Shown: positions 1-12,000 of the stretch, one piece after another | Numbering within the stretch: the stretch's first letter is position 1 | Layout of the letters: the number at the start of each line of letters is the position of its first letter | Virus record (IMG/VR): IMGVR_UViG_3300043449_002675 | Coordinates: 27,969-91,968 of that record | Origin: a virus | Strand: one strand, 5' to 3' | Length of the DNA: 64,000 nucleotides | Program-made: the position numbers and the translations under genes | Notes under the pieces: model-generated | What the model was told of the DNA's origin: nothing | Seen by the model: only the letters and a program-made list of their open reading frames with translations | Databases searched by the model: none

Positions 1-31
1 CACAATAGTAGTAGACAAAATAAATACAAAT

Positions 32-2197
32 TTGACAGTTGACAATAGTGCTGTTCAAGCTGTGATTGCAAAAATTGGAAAGATTGATCCATTTTTGAGG
101 AGTCTGGTAAGCGTTGCGACTAGCATTCAGCAGCTCGATCAGATGGGTGGGGTCAATGTACCAGAAGGACAAACAATAAAAGATTCCGGCAATAGACTAG
201 CGGAAGCAGCTGCTGGAGTTCTGTCGGTGGCCAACGATATTGCCGTTAAAACTGCAAATATTGATATGGCCGGAACAGCAACGGCCGCATTGAAACTCGC
301 AGCAGTAAGTAAATTTATAGATCCATTAGTAAATTTCTTGAAAATGTTTTCCGATAAAAGTGATTTACTTGCCAAGGCGAACAAGGATGCAAGCGTAGTC
401 CCTCCTGTAGATAACATAAAAACAAATGCACCAAAAATTTCCGAGGCTGTCACAGCAATAATGGGCTTATATAACACTGTTGTTAAAGGCACAGCAGGTG
501 TATCCATGGAAGGCACAGAGGAAGCAGGGAATAGATTGAAGGCTATTTTGCCAGTTATGGAAAGCATTTCTTCTGTTATTGAAAGCATGAACAAGGCATT
601 TGCAGCTCTTAATGAGGAAGATGTAGATGCAAGTGCTGGTGCAAAATCTACGAGTAAAATTAAAAACCTCGAAAAAACTATTAATGACATGTTGGGCAAA
701 GGTGCTGACAATCCTCTTCTCAATGTGTTTAAGTTTATTCAATCTGGTCTTATTGCTCCACTCAATGATTTGGATCTTGATCCAGATGAAATAGCAGATG
801 CTGGAAAAACTTTTGAAGGACTTGCCAAAATAGCAACATCTGTTGCGACATCTATTACTTCCCTAGGGGGCGCTTTCTCTAAAGTTACTATGGGCAAAAC
901 ATCATATCTTGATGTGGTAACAAAAATTCTTAAAAACAACAAGGGACAGATTATTGAAATGATCAAGGCACTAGGAGACTTTGTTGTTCCTATTGCCAAT
1001 CTGGAAATAGATGGCGAAGATGCCGACGATGCCGCAAAGATCATAGAAGCTTCAAACAAAATTCTCAGAGTGCTTGCAGGAGACAAGGGCGATGCCGAAA
1101 TGGGTCTTATAGGATATATGGGAAATAGATTAAGGCAGATCGGCGAACAGGTGGCAAAACAAGGTGGTGGTGTTGAACCAAGTCTGGCACAAAAGGCAAA
1201 AACAGGCTTGGAGAATTTTGCAAAGACATGGGAAACTATGCTTCCTGCAATTAACACACTAATTATGAAAACAGTAGAACATGGCGGTAGTGGAGACGAT
1301 GCAGAAGAAGCGGCGAAGATAATTGCCGGTAGTGAAAAGATAGTAAAAGCACTGCCATCTTTGTTGGAGAACATGTCAAAGAGTTTGCCAACCTTGGCAC
1401 AGCAGGCTGCAAATATAGCACAGCAAGCGGGATTGGGGCAGCAGTTACAGGGCAAAGGACCGGCATTAGCTAATTTGCTTATCGGTGTTTTTGATTTCTT
1501 ACGAGTGGGTGTCATAGAGCCTATTGGCAATCTTGAAATGAATTATGACATTGAGGATGTTGCTCAAACACTAACAGATGCAAGCACTTTGGCTGAAACT
1601 TTGGCGGGGCCAGTATCAACAATAGCAGCCAATCTATCTAATCTCGATTTAACTCAAATAGATTTTTCCAAAATGACAAATTTTGGACCTTTATTCCAAG
1701 GATTGAATAATTTGGCAAATGAGATCATGAGAGCAAATCTTCCTGATTTAGCTACAAATCTTACTCAAGCAGCCACAGATCTTGCTCTCGTTGACCAAGC
1801 TTTGCAAAGTTTAGTAGCAAGCTTTGCAGGAATTTCCGGAAGCTTGAATTCCTTGCAAGGAATGGGAAATCTAAATGTTAGTGCTAATGTAAGTCAAACA
1901 GCAACTACAGCAGTAGAGAATCCAGCTAACCAAGCAGCCAAAACTGTAGACATGAGCTTGGCACCAACTGCTATGGGTGCTGCACAGAGTGCTGATATGT
2001 CTAAGCTTACTGCAGCCGCTGAAGCAACAGCCAACAACACTGCACAAATGCTGTCTTTAATGCGTAGTTACCAGCAGGCACCTGCAGCGTCTGCACCAAG
2101 CAAGAGATCTACTGCATCAGGTGGTGATACTGGATCTTTCAGGGCTAGGCAACAGCTAAAATTTAGTAGTGCCACAGATGCGGCAAACTTTAAATAG
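32..2197 (+). CDS. Tail tape-measure-like protein, C-terminal part (gene probably begins upstream of the window)
   Basis: Long Ala/Leu-rich helical protein with imperfect repeats (DADDAAKIIEAS / DAEEAAKIIAGS), directly upstream of baseplate genes. Confidence 0.6.
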   Translation: MTVDNSAVQAVIAKIGKIDPFLRSLVSVATSIQQLDQMGGVNVPEGQTIKDSGNRLAEAAAGVLSVANDIAVKTANIDMAGTATAALKLAAVSKFIDPLVNFLKMFSDKSDLLAKANKDASVVPPVDNIKTNAPKISEAVTAIMGLYNTVVKGTAGVSMEGTEEAGNRLKAILPVMESISSVIESMNKAFAALNEEDVDASAGAKSTSKIKNLEKTINDMLGKGADNPLLNVFKFIQSGLIAPLNDLDLDPDEIADAGKTFEGLAKIATSVATSITSLGGAFSKVTMGKTSYLDVVTKILKNNKGQIIEMIKALGDFVVPIANLEIDGEDADDAAKIIEASNKILRVLAGDKGDAEMGLIGYMGNRLRQIGEQVAKQGGGVEPSLAQKAKTGLENFAKTWETMLPAINTLIMKTVEHGGSGDDAEEAAKIIAGSEKIVKALPSLLENMSKSLPTLAQQAANIAQQAGLGQQLQGKGPALANLLIGVFDFLRVGVIEPIGNLEMNYDIEDVAQTLTDASTLAETLAGPVSTIAANLSNLDLTQIDFSKMTNFGPLFQGLNNLANEIMRANLPDLATNLTQAATDLALVDQALQSLVASFAGISGSLNSLQGMGNLNVSANVSQTATTAVENPANQAAKTVDMSLAPTAMGAAQSADMSKLTAAAEATANNTAQMLSLMRSYQQAPAASAPSKRSTASGGDTGSFRARQQLKFSSATDAANFK

Positions 2198-2206
2198 GGG
2201 TAATTG

Positions 2207-2749
2207 ATGCTAGGGACAACAGATACAGGAATTTTTAGATTTGTAGATGACTGTTACATACAAGTGGGTTCCCTTGCGCCTATAAGAATGTATATTATGC
2301 CTGATATTTCGGACAGTCATAGTGCAAACTGGCCAACGCAAAACGGCATAGGTCGCAGTTTGCCTGCCTACACTTTCGGAAATGGCGAAGCCAGAACAAT
2401 AAGTTGGACAATACACTTATATGCCGATTACCCAGATAGATTAATATATAATTTGCAAACTCTTAGGATTATCGAGAGCTGTACTTATCCAAGAAACGGA
2501 ACAGGAGCATTGCCTTTTGTTCCTCCAAGTATTTGCAAATTGAAATGTGGAGCAACTTTGGGAAGTTATCCTATAGCTGCTGTTTTGAAAAGTTACAGCG
2601 TATCTTTTCCAGTTGACGTTCCTTGGAGCGAAAATATAAGCGGTTATGGTCCTATTCCATACAAGTTTGATATACAATGTAGTTTCGAAGTTGTCTACGA
2701 TGCAAGCCAGTTGCCCGGAGCTGAAAGAATAATTACTGAAGGTAATTAA
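2207..2749 (+). CDS. Baseplate hub / tail-tube initiator-like protein
   Basis: Lies between tape measure and the gp53-like gene; tube-fold-like motifs (ISDSHSANW...GRS.P...F; PPSICKLKCG; VLKSYSV). Confidence 0.55.
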   Translation: MLGTTDTGIFRFVDDCYIQVGSLAPIRMYIMPDISDSHSANWPTQNGIGRSLPAYTFGNGEARTISWTIHLYADYPDRLIYNLQTLRIIESCTYPRNGTGALPFVPPSICKLKCGATLGSYPIAAVLKSYSVSFPVDVPWSENISGYGPIPYKFDIQCSFEVVYDASQLPGAERIITEGN

Positions 2750-2771
2750 TATTATATAACTGAGGGAACTT

Positions 2772-3104
2772 ATGGCTAATTTATTTACTTTTGCTGATTC
2801 ATTGATTCCAACTGATTACGTTGTTACAACCAGCAGGTATGTAAACAGCGATGTTGGATTTTATGGTCCGCAAAATAAAATAACATTCAACATTTATCAG
2901 AGAAAACAATTTGCCGTGAGTGCCGATGATAGGTACATTCTTATTACGCCCGGTTACGAGTATAGACCCGATTTAGTTAGCCAGAAGGCTTATGGGCTGC
3001 CGGACTATTGGTGGATATTACTTCAAGCAAACAATATAAATGATGTTTACCAATTTACAACTGGCAAAACCATAAGAATTCCGGCTGATATAACAAGTAT
3101 TTAG
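2772..3104 (+). CDS. Baseplate wedge protein, T4 gp53/LysM-like
   Basis: YRPDLVSQKAYG...WWILLQANNI...GKTIRIP motif. Confidence 0.75.
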   Translation: MANLFTFADSLIPTDYVVTTSRYVNSDVGFYGPQNKITFNIYQRKQFAVSADDRYILITPGYEYRPDLVSQKAYGLPDYWWILLQANNINDVYQFTTGKTIRIPADITSI

Positions 3105-3111
3105 GTGAATT

Positions 3112-4731
3112 ATGGCTAGAGCAGGTAGAACATGTTTATTACCGGGTGCAGCAAAACAATTTGCTTGTGGAATTATAGCAAAGCCCCTGATAAACAACTT
3201 TAATCAGGCTGTAAAAACTGGTTTTGTAAACATTATCATGGTTAGCAAGCAAAATGGTGGTAAAAAAATTACAGTAGGAAATAAATCTTCTCCATTTTAT
3301 CAAAATAGAACTTTTGTAAAAAACTTTCAGTTTGGCGGCAATAACAACGCTAGTGCATCGTTTACTCTATATGATGCATCTGGTAATGATATAGGAGTAT
3401 TCTTAGACTCCCTTTACTTGGACAGTTGTACCGCTTCTAATAATACTGTTTTAGTGGAGTTTGGTTGGATTTTGCAGAATACCGATGGTTCTGTAACTAA
3501 GTACAGTACTGCTGATAAAACATATGCTCCTTATGCACGTATAGATCCAAAAGCAAAACCAAATCCCGGCGGCTTATTGGGTTTTGTTGTAGGGAAAATA
3601 CAAGTACAGCCTGACGCTGGTGGTGGATGGCTATACACTGTAGAGTTGCAAACTTTGCTAGACAAAAGAAACAGAAGAAATAAACTTGCAACTCCTGCAG
3701 GAACAAACAATCATCCAGAGAATTTGAAATCTGCGTCTAAAAAAGCTCTCAGAAAGATTTGCCCAAAGAGCAAAAAGAATGCTGGCGCAGTAATATTTGC
3801 CAGAGAAGATAGTAGAGGACTTTTGTCTGAATTTGGATTCCCAAATAATGAGGGTGGTTTTCAAGGACCAAGAAGCGTATGGGATCCTAATCGTTTAAGC
3901 TGTGTTGGTGCTGTCAGAAACTGGTTTAATGGACAAAGAACTGACCGTGGGCTGGGCATGACGATTTATACTGATCCCAGTGTTGATACGCCAAATATTG
4001 TTGTTCTTGAATCTGATCCTAGTTGGTGCTTGAATCCCAGAGTAAAATATTGCCCACAAAAAAGTGGTCCAAAATATATTTATATCGTAAATGGTGGAGA
4101 CTGCAGTCCTGTTTTGCAAGACGGATTTAGACCTACGGTAACATATTTTGCAAATGCTAGACCGCAGGGCGGCGGTACTACGGGCATGTCTAGCAAAGCG
4201 GTGCAAGCCGAAGGCAGAAAGGTTAACCCGTGTCCGCAAAACGTCAATAATCAATTTGAAAATATAGAAGATAACGCCGAAGGCATACAAACCCTAGTAA
4301 CAGTACCAAGTGCTGCTATGAATTATAGATTTCCAACAGATGCAGTAGAAAAACAAGCAGTGGCAATTAATGCAAATCTGATCGCTAACGCTGGTCGTAT
4401 TATGACATCAAATATAGAGGCTGATTTAAAAATACAGGGTAATCCAGAATATGTGAATATAGCAAGATGTCAAGGATTGCAGGTCGGCATAATATACATG
4501 AATATACCTCAAGTGTATGCTGGACAGCAGCCCGGAATTCAAGGGCCAGCCCAGCCAAACCAAACTGATTGGTTGGCGCAACCTTATGTAAATAATACTT
4601 TTAGTCGCTTAGACTATCTTATTCAAGGCGTAAGTCACAACATCGATGATGGTGGTGATTATACGACAACTTTAAGAGTTCAGGCAATTCCTGAGCAAGC
4701 AAAAAAGAACAAGAAAAAGAAAAACAATTAG
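3112..4731 (+). CDS. Putative baseplate hub protein (gp27-like)
   Basis: Between gp53-like and gp5-like genes; C-terminal IQGNP...YLIQGVSHNIDDGGDYTTTL resembles hub C-termini. Confidence 0.5.
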   Translation: MARAGRTCLLPGAAKQFACGIIAKPLINNFNQAVKTGFVNIIMVSKQNGGKKITVGNKSSPFYQNRTFVKNFQFGGNNNASASFTLYDASGNDIGVFLDSLYLDSCTASNNTVLVEFGWILQNTDGSVTKYSTADKTYAPYARIDPKAKPNPGGLLGFVVGKIQVQPDAGGGWLYTVELQTLLDKRNRRNKLATPAGTNNHPENLKSASKKALRKICPKSKKNAGAVIFAREDSRGLLSEFGFPNNEGGFQGPRSVWDPNRLSCVGAVRNWFNGQRTDRGLGMTIYTDPSVDTPNIVVLESDPSWCLNPRVKYCPQKSGPKYIYIVNGGDCSPVLQDGFRPTVTYFANARPQGGGTTGMSSKAVQAEGRKVNPCPQNVNNQFENIEDNAEGIQTLVTVPSAAMNYRFPTDAVEKQAVAINANLIANAGRIMTSNIEADLKIQGNPEYVNIARCQGLQVGIIYMNIPQVYAGQQPGIQGPAQPNQTDWLAQPYVNNTFSRLDYLIQGVSHNIDDGGDYTTTLRVQAIPEQAKKNKKKKNN

Positions 4732-4738
4732 GTGAAAT

Positions 4739-6979
4739 ATGGCCGGAAATCCTTTTATGCCCCGTCAAGGTTATGCTATTGCAGATCAAGGCGATGATGA
4801 TAGATTATTGAAACTTGAAGAGAAAATGTTTCGAGTCGAGGAATTCATAAATCTGGCAGAACAAACAAAAGATACACAAACTGATATTAATCAAGGCTCA
4901 TATGGTGTGTTTCTTGGCTACTGTGTAGACACACTCGATATTTACAAACAAAATAGAATACGATTCTTTTGCCCTTTGTTTCATCGTCCTGACACACCTA
5001 TAGGCAGCTTGCCATTTGCGCTGCCAATTACCAATTTTGGCGGCATTGATGATTGTGGTGGCAACTGGGTGCCTCCAGCAGGCTCTACTGTAGCTTTGGT
5101 TTTTGAAGGCGGAGACAGATTGAGCCCGTTTTATCTAGGCACAACTTGGACAAGACTTAATGGAGGGTTGTTTCAAGGCGAATATTACAATATTCCCATG
5201 ACAGAATATGATTTGTTGTACAAGGGGCAGAGAGGAGGCTATTTGTGTGGTCCTAATAATGGAACGCAAGTTCTGCCACCTTGGAATACTGAGAGCTATA
5301 ACGGCTTTGACATCACCTCTGTATCTGATATAAACAATGCTCCCAATTTATTGCAGAAAATGACGTTCCCTAACATTTATGGATTCAAAACACCTCAAAA
5401 ACACATGTTTAAGATGGTGGATGGAGATGCCAAGTGTAATCAAAAGTGGAAAAGAATAGAAATATTATCCGGATGTGGAAACTGGATGATCATGAAAGAT
5501 GATCACTTACACTATTGTGGACAGTGGGCACATCCAGTATGCGGTGCCGTTCCGGGAGATACTAGTTGTCAGGTTGGTATAGTAAATCCCCCTCCACAAA
5601 CAGCCATAGATGCTAATGGCGTACTGGTTCCAGCCGAACCTGCCGGCGGATCAAATGTTTTTAGTTCGGAAGTTAGCGAAATAGAAGATGCATATGCGAC
5701 TATAAATTTCTTCGGGGAAAAGAAAGAAAACCCGTCCGGATCTTCATTATGTGGCGGTAGAACGATTGGCGGGAATCCAGACTATCCGGGCAAAAATACA
5801 CAGAGAGGTGCAAATCCTTTTTTCAAACAACAAAGTGAGTGCCGCCCATATCGTGGACCGCAAACACCACAAAATAACAAATGTGACTTACCACAGTCTG
5901 GCATTCAGTTATTAAGCATCTCTGGTCACACCTTTGTTATGGATGATTCTGTCGAAGCTCCTCAAGGTGGCATGGAGTGGCAAAGAAGTACGCAGCCTTT
6001 TGATTTCGGTTGCACAAACAAATATCTTGGAAGAACCTATTGGAAAAGCAGCACGGGACATCAAATAGTTTTAGATGACAGCGAATTAATGGGTTCTGCC
6101 AAAGAAACAAGAAGTATTAACAACGGCATTCAGTTGCTCACAGCTTTAGGAAATCAAATTTATCTTTCCGATTCATCTGCCGGCCCTACATGTCCAAGTT
6201 TGGCAACTGAGCAGCAGGGTATAAGCGTAAGAAGCACCAGCGGTCATAGATTGATCATGAGTGACAACAATAATGATCGCCAAATCCCTTGCAGGAAAGG
6301 ATATGGCTATCCAAATCCGCAGAATAATGCCAAAAATGCTTACATCGAAATGCGTAGCGGTTATGGGCTAGCTTTGGAGATGTTCGATGGAGCAAGTCAA
6401 AAAGAGGCTAGTGACGATACTTACATGCGATTGCTGGCACCACAAACTGGCAATGATAGAGGTCCTCATTTTCTTCAATTCCAAGAAAGAAAGAGTCAAA
6501 ATGGCTATGTTCTTTTGAGGGCAGGAGGAGATTATAGGTTAGAAACCTTTGGCGGCGTGTCTGAAATTATCGGATTCAGCGACAGTCAAAATAGTGTTGG
6601 TAACAGAGTTACACAGATCAAAAACAACAGTTTTGAACTGGTAAATCAGACTCGCTATCAAAAAAATGCATTAAATCTAAACATAAGTGATACTAAATCT
6701 TTAATTTTGGCTGGAAAAGACTACGATCAAAAGCCTTCTAAAGAACAATTACAAGCTGAAGAGGATGCCAGAGCAGCCGGTTTGCCCGTTCCGCCAAGGG
6801 AAAAAGTCCCGAATGTATGCCCAGTTGTGGTTTTTGACGGTGCGAGAGGCTTATTGGTATGCAGCGATAGGGTTTTTGCTAGTGCGAGCCCTAATGCACC
6901 GCCTGCAAGCATATTCAATTTAACACCTTTGACGCCTTATAAGAATATTGATGAGTTCAAAAAAGCTCTTAAGTCATAA
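4739..6979 (+). CDS. Baseplate central spike, gp5/VgrG-like with N-terminal OB fold
   Basis: D...NRIRFFCP...VPPAGSTVALVFEGGD..PFYLG OB-fold motif; repeated SGH.F/I.MDD beta-strand motifs. Confidence 0.75.
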   Translation: MAGNPFMPRQGYAIADQGDDDRLLKLEEKMFRVEEFINLAEQTKDTQTDINQGSYGVFLGYCVDTLDIYKQNRIRFFCPLFHRPDTPIGSLPFALPITNFGGIDDCGGNWVPPAGSTVALVFEGGDRLSPFYLGTTWTRLNGGLFQGEYYNIPMTEYDLLYKGQRGGYLCGPNNGTQVLPPWNTESYNGFDITSVSDINNAPNLLQKMTFPNIYGFKTPQKHMFKMVDGDAKCNQKWKRIEILSGCGNWMIMKDDHLHYCGQWAHPVCGAVPGDTSCQVGIVNPPPQTAIDANGVLVPAEPAGGSNVFSSEVSEIEDAYATINFFGEKKENPSGSSLCGGRTIGGNPDYPGKNTQRGANPFFKQQSECRPYRGPQTPQNNKCDLPQSGIQLLSISGHTFVMDDSVEAPQGGMEWQRSTQPFDFGCTNKYLGRTYWKSSTGHQIVLDDSELMGSAKETRSINNGIQLLTALGNQIYLSDSSAGPTCPSLATEQQGISVRSTSGHRLIMSDNNNDRQIPCRKGYGYPNPQNNAKNAYIEMRSGYGLALEMFDGASQKEASDDTYMRLLAPQTGNDRGPHFLQFQERKSQNGYVLLRAGGDYRLETFGGVSEIIGFSDSQNSVGNRVTQIKNNSFELVNQTRYQKNALNLNISDTKSLILAGKDYDQKPSKEQLQAEEDARAAGLPVPPREKVPNVCPVVVFDGARGLLVCSDRVFASASPNAPPASIFNLTPLTPYKNIDEFKKALKS

Positions 6980-7052
6980 TGTTTCTGTGTAGACTATATA
7001 ATTTATTAGTTGAAAAAACTATTAATAATATGTAGATTTCGCATGGAGAATC

Positions 7053-7466
7053 ATGGAACTTTTAGGGTGCCCCTATCCAATTGTCAAAACTCCGCTAGGA
7101 CTTTTGCCTACCGTTTATGACATTCAGGCTGTTAAGGCAGACCTAATGCAGCTTATTCTTACCAATCCCGGTGAGAGAGTTATGATGCCGGATTTCGGCA
7201 CGCCATTAAGAAATCTGCTTTTTGAACAAAATGATCCTACTATTTACGATAAAATTCGCAGTGTAATAATTGCTTCTGTAGCCCAATGGGAACCAAGAAT
7301 TGTGGTTACGGAAGTAGAGGTGACTGACGAAAGCAACCAATCTGGCGCTATAGCCGAATTGAGCAATGCAAATACAAACAGTGTTTATGTGAAAATTAAT
7401 TTTTACTTGCCAAACAAGATACAGGCATCAGAAAGATTGGTATTAAAACTACCAACAGGAGAATAA
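7053..7466 (+). CDS. Baseplate wedge / sheath initiator, gp25-like
   Basis: LILTNPGERVMMPDFGT.L..LLFE...WEPRI signature. Confidence 0.92.
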   Translation: MELLGCPYPIVKTPLGLLPTVYDIQAVKADLMQLILTNPGERVMMPDFGTPLRNLLFEQNDPTIYDKIRSVIIASVAQWEPRIVVTEVEVTDESNQSGAIAELSNANTNSVYVKINFYLPNKIQASERLVLKLPTGE

Positions 7467-7467
7467 A

Positions 7468-9057
7468 ATGGCGGAACTTTGTCCTTTTGAAGTAGCACCG
7501 ACAAAAATCACATCAAGCCCGAATCGTCCAACACCCGTTAGTTTAAACTATACGAACCAAGATTTTTGGTCGTTGAAAAATCGACTTGTCCAGTATTGCA
7601 GAGAAAATTTCGATCAGCAATTTAATGATTTTATAGAATCTAGCTTGGCTATCATGCTTATAGAAAACTGGGCATTTATCGGAGATACTCTCAGCTTTAA
7701 AACAGACCAAGTGGCAAATGAAGTTTTTATTGATACAGTGACAGAACTTGACAGTGCTTTCAGGTTGGCAAAACTAGTCGGATATCAACCAACGCCGCCA
7801 ATAGCCGGTAAGAGCTTGTGGTCAGCAAAAATAAATACTCCACAAGATATAAATCTCATTATACCAACACCTTTAGAAATCGACTTGGTTAACAACAATA
7901 TTCCTCTAACGATAGAATTATTCCCAGCTGATCAGTATGAAAGACCTTTGTTGGATCAGCCAATTATTATTCAGGCTGGTAATTTACAGAACACAAATAT
8001 TGTAGGACTAGAGGGGCAGACCTATACGCAGTCATTCATAGGCACTGGGGAAATAAATCAAGTAGTAGTGCTTGAATTTGCGCCAGTGCTTTTGGGAAGC
8101 ATTAGAGTTTACGTTGATGGACTTCAATGGAAACAAGTTCAATTCTTTACGGAAAGTGCGCCATTACAAGAATATAGAATTGAATACAATAGCCAGTATC
8201 AGGTGTTCGTATATTTTGGGAATAATAGAGCTGGCTTAGTACCACCAGCTGGTGCCAATATAACTGTGGTTTATAGAGTTGGCGGAGGAACTATAGGAAA
8301 TATAGTAAGCAACTTCGTAAATACTGACATTTTGATTCCTTTGGAAGGCAGGGCTTACTCTGTACCAGTAAACTTCAGCAATTACACAAGGGGCAAGTAT
8401 GGATATGACGGCGACACAATTGAAGACATAAGAAGAAACCTTCCTGCTTGGACAAACGTGCAGAACAGAGCTGTAACTGGTTCGGATTACAAGAACTTAG
8501 TAGATATTTTCACAACTGCCTATAACGGTAAAACAGGAAAAGGGTTGGCCGCTTTAAGGCATAGTGGTTGCAGTGCGAATCTTATAATATTATATGTTTT
8601 GGTATCTGAGGGATTGGATGGTCTTGCGCCTCCTAGTTCACAATTCAAGGCTGAATTACAAGAATATATCGATGCGAAAAAAATGTTAACTGACAGCATT
8701 GCTATACAAGACGGCGGGGTTCTTTACACTCAAATCAACATCGATGTATTTATGACACCTCAATATCAGCCATTTGAGGAAGAAGTTACCGCTGCCATTT
8801 TGCGAAACTTGGCAGTATTCTTTAATGTTAAAAACTGGGATTATGGACAAGCTTTGAGAACGATTGATGTGTTGAAGGCCTTGGCAAATATTAGTCAGCC
8901 TTACAAATATGACATACAATTTGTCGTTGAACCAGAAAATTTGACTAGCCCACTGCTTCCAAACAACCCGAACCTAACTAATCCTGTAGAGGTAGTGCCT
9001 AGGTTTTTTGAAATTATCAGACCAAGTAATATTGTTTTGAATTACATTTACGAATAA
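7468..9057 (+). CDS. Baseplate wedge subunit, gp6 / baseplate J-like
   Basis: NYTNQDFWSLK...LAKLVGYQP; FGNN..G..PP; YRVGGG..GN; QNRAVTGSDY. Confidence 0.88.
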   Translation: MAELCPFEVAPTKITSSPNRPTPVSLNYTNQDFWSLKNRLVQYCRENFDQQFNDFIESSLAIMLIENWAFIGDTLSFKTDQVANEVFIDTVTELDSAFRLAKLVGYQPTPPIAGKSLWSAKINTPQDINLIIPTPLEIDLVNNNIPLTIELFPADQYERPLLDQPIIIQAGNLQNTNIVGLEGQTYTQSFIGTGEINQVVVLEFAPVLLGSIRVYVDGLQWKQVQFFTESAPLQEYRIEYNSQYQVFVYFGNNRAGLVPPAGANITVVYRVGGGTIGNIVSNFVNTDILIPLEGRAYSVPVNFSNYTRGKYGYDGDTIEDIRRNLPAWTNVQNRAVTGSDYKNLVDIFTTAYNGKTGKGLAALRHSGCSANLIILYVLVSEGLDGLAPPSSQFKAELQEYIDAKKMLTDSIAIQDGGVLYTQINIDVFMTPQYQPFEEEVTAAILRNLAVFFNVKNWDYGQALRTIDVLKALANISQPYKYDIQFVVEPENLTSPLLPNNPNLTNPVEVVPRFFEIIRPSNIVLNYIYE

Positions 9058-9066
9058 TGGTGAGAA

Positions 9067-12000
9067 ATGCCGCTGAAACCGTACAATCAGAATCCTAAAA
9101 CATCAGATAATATTCTGTTTGATCTTTATACTCCCATGTCAAATGGCTGCTTTACTCAACAGCCATCAACTTTTGATTCAATAAAGATTTTCTTTATTGC
9201 TAGAAGTCCGGTTTTGAATAATGAATTTGAAAATCAACAAATTACTTACAAAGAAGATTTGCAAAGAGCTGTGTATGAAGTTACTGAGCAATATTGCACA
9301 GAAACTGATGAGTTGAGAAAACAAAGACTGGCTCTTTTACAACAAAGTCTGGAGACAGATTTGGCCACAAATGCTTTGACTCCCACAACCGGAACTAATG
9401 TCGAACCGGGAGCAAACACAAATACAACATATTACTACGAAGCCCAAATGGTATTTTGTGCCGGTGTTGCTTGCGATAATGGAGCAGGTCCATTGTGGAT
9501 ACAGGGAGAAGATAATAGTACATCTATAGTGCAGAGGGTGGCTACTGATAAAGAATTAGGTAATGGACATTTTGCATTTATATGGGAGCCCGGTCCAATT
9601 AAGGAAGGTGATTATTACATTTGTTACGGCTACACCATGCAGACATCTGCGTATTTATACAAATCCGAGGCTAAGTTTTTGCACTTTTACATCGGAGCGG
9701 CAATTCAAAATGAAGTAGCCATACCGACCCACGCCGTTCCTCCTGAAAAATATTTCACTCTTCTTAATGCATATCTTCCCCGAATGTATTTTGAAAAATA
9801 TGCAGTGAACGACGATAGCATGCTTACCTTGGAAGCTTTAAATAAATCAGTAGGAAAGGCATTTACAGACCTAGACAACCAAGTTTCCAGAATTATTGAT
9901 ATATTAGACGCAAATGTAACACCAGAACCATACTTGCCGCTTTTGGCACAAATGTTTGCCTTAAAGCTTAGAAGTTTGGATATTACAAGATGGAGAGGGC
10001 AAATTATAACAGCTGTCCCTCAATTTAAGAAAAAAGGAACGCTAGAATCTCTGACACAGGCGTTAGATCAAGCAGGCATGCAATTGCTTCAGTACAAACA
10101 ATATTGGCAAATAGCGTGGCCCCAAGTTTACACTCAAACCTTGAAATTTGAAAACGATTATGAATTTATTCTCGATAAGTACACAGACAATACACTGTTC
10201 TATGAATTTGCAAGCCTTTATGAACTACAACTTGCCCATGTCGGCACTACTGTTTGGACCAGCACAAATATTGCCGCAATATCTTTTTCTCAAAATACTA
10301 AAGGCGAAACAGTTTTAACATGGGATCCAACTATTACGCAGCTTAAAGGTGGCGATCAGATATTGATTACATACGTTACTGAAACCATGACTGGCACGCA
10401 AGTAGATTTATATCAATACTGGAAAGACTTCTTTGTTCGTCAGGATATCAGAGTGCAGAATCCAGACGGTTACTTCTTAATTACACCCGAAATGCAGCCG
10501 GCTAATTGGAACATGAGACTGATGCCAAAGGATGATCCTTTGTTCTCTGTGTTTATTCCAATTATGAATCCTTTTTATGATCCAGTGATTTTCGGCATGC
10601 TTAGAACGGACTTTCCATATAGCGAAAATGTCTATAACATGGAAGAATATAATGGCAGCCTTCGTCCAACCACCGATCCTGCTAATATGGCAGCTGATTA
10701 TCTAGAAGGCTGTAGCGGTACACTAAGTGCCGATTATGGTCTTGCCGTAAAGATACAAAACCTCTCAGATTTTAGGATTTCGGAATGCCTTGGAATAATT
10801 AGAGAGTATACTCCTTACCATGCCATATTAAGAACTTTAGAGGTTGTTGGGCAAATACAAGATTTCATGTTGCCACCAGTGGAAACAATAGAGTGGTTAA
10901 TACAAATTACTTTTAATGACTTCTTGATTGCAGGGGATGCTCAATATGCTTTCAATAGAAAATCAATCTTATATAATTACACTCCGGAAGTGTATACTTA
11001 CACTGATGGGCATGGCAAACTAGCATTTTACAGAACAGATTTTGCCACCGAAAACACTACACCAGCTGCTCAAGGCACACTTACGGTTTATAACAAGTCC
11101 ATGGTGTTACAAGCTCAAAGTAATATAAGAAATTTAAACAGCTATAACGTCACAAAAAATAGTTGTTATCTTGAAATCTTGGATGGAAATTATGCTGGGG
11201 CATATACAAACATAATAGAATCTATAAATGACTTTTCACTTACAATTGAAGGCCCTGCGGCTGCAGCTTTTGCCGGAATGGCTCCCATAACACAAAATTA
11301 CACATTTGGATGGCGATTTTCAAACATTTTAGATAACGGACCATACACCATATCAAACGCATATCAGTTCACCATTTCTGATAGCTCAATTAACTACAGC
11401 GATTACAATATAAAAACTGTTGCACTAGATGGAACTGGTTGTTACCAAGTTAAAATTGGCGCAGCTTATTACAACATATTGTTGATCAATAACAATTCTT
11501 TGTATTTAGAAAATCAGAGTGGCAGCCCATTGCCAGCAACTGATTCTACCGGATTAAATTATGAGGTATACAATCCAAGTGGCATGCAGCTTATTTTTGA
11601 GTCTACTACTGGCGACTTTAAAGTATGCAAGCTGGCAAAGGTTACTAGCACAGCTGGTACACCATTCAGCATGACCAATATGTGTATAGTTGTTCCAAAT
11701 CCTGAAATTTATTTTTCACCGGATGCCGGAACTAATTTTTATAAGTTCTATTCTATTGACGTAAATGATCCTAATTCGTTTTACATTTTGGACTACACGA
11801 TTGGTTTAACACCTTCATCTGTGACTGGCACTGTGTACAACAGATTATTTGAAACCATGGGTTCATTTAATTTCGTTGGAATGGTCGCTTCATACGGTTC
11901 ATGGCCTCTATTTGCAGATCCAGATGTTGCCGTATTGCAAAACAGCAATTTCCCATCTCAGTATATTCTAACTTTAGATCCTGCTGGTGCTAATCCATAT

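Noticed and set aside
139-1530. Long antisense ORFs opposite the tape-measure gene (and similar ones opposite other genes)
   Set aside because: Expected shadow ORFs from codon bias; no motifs or start signals
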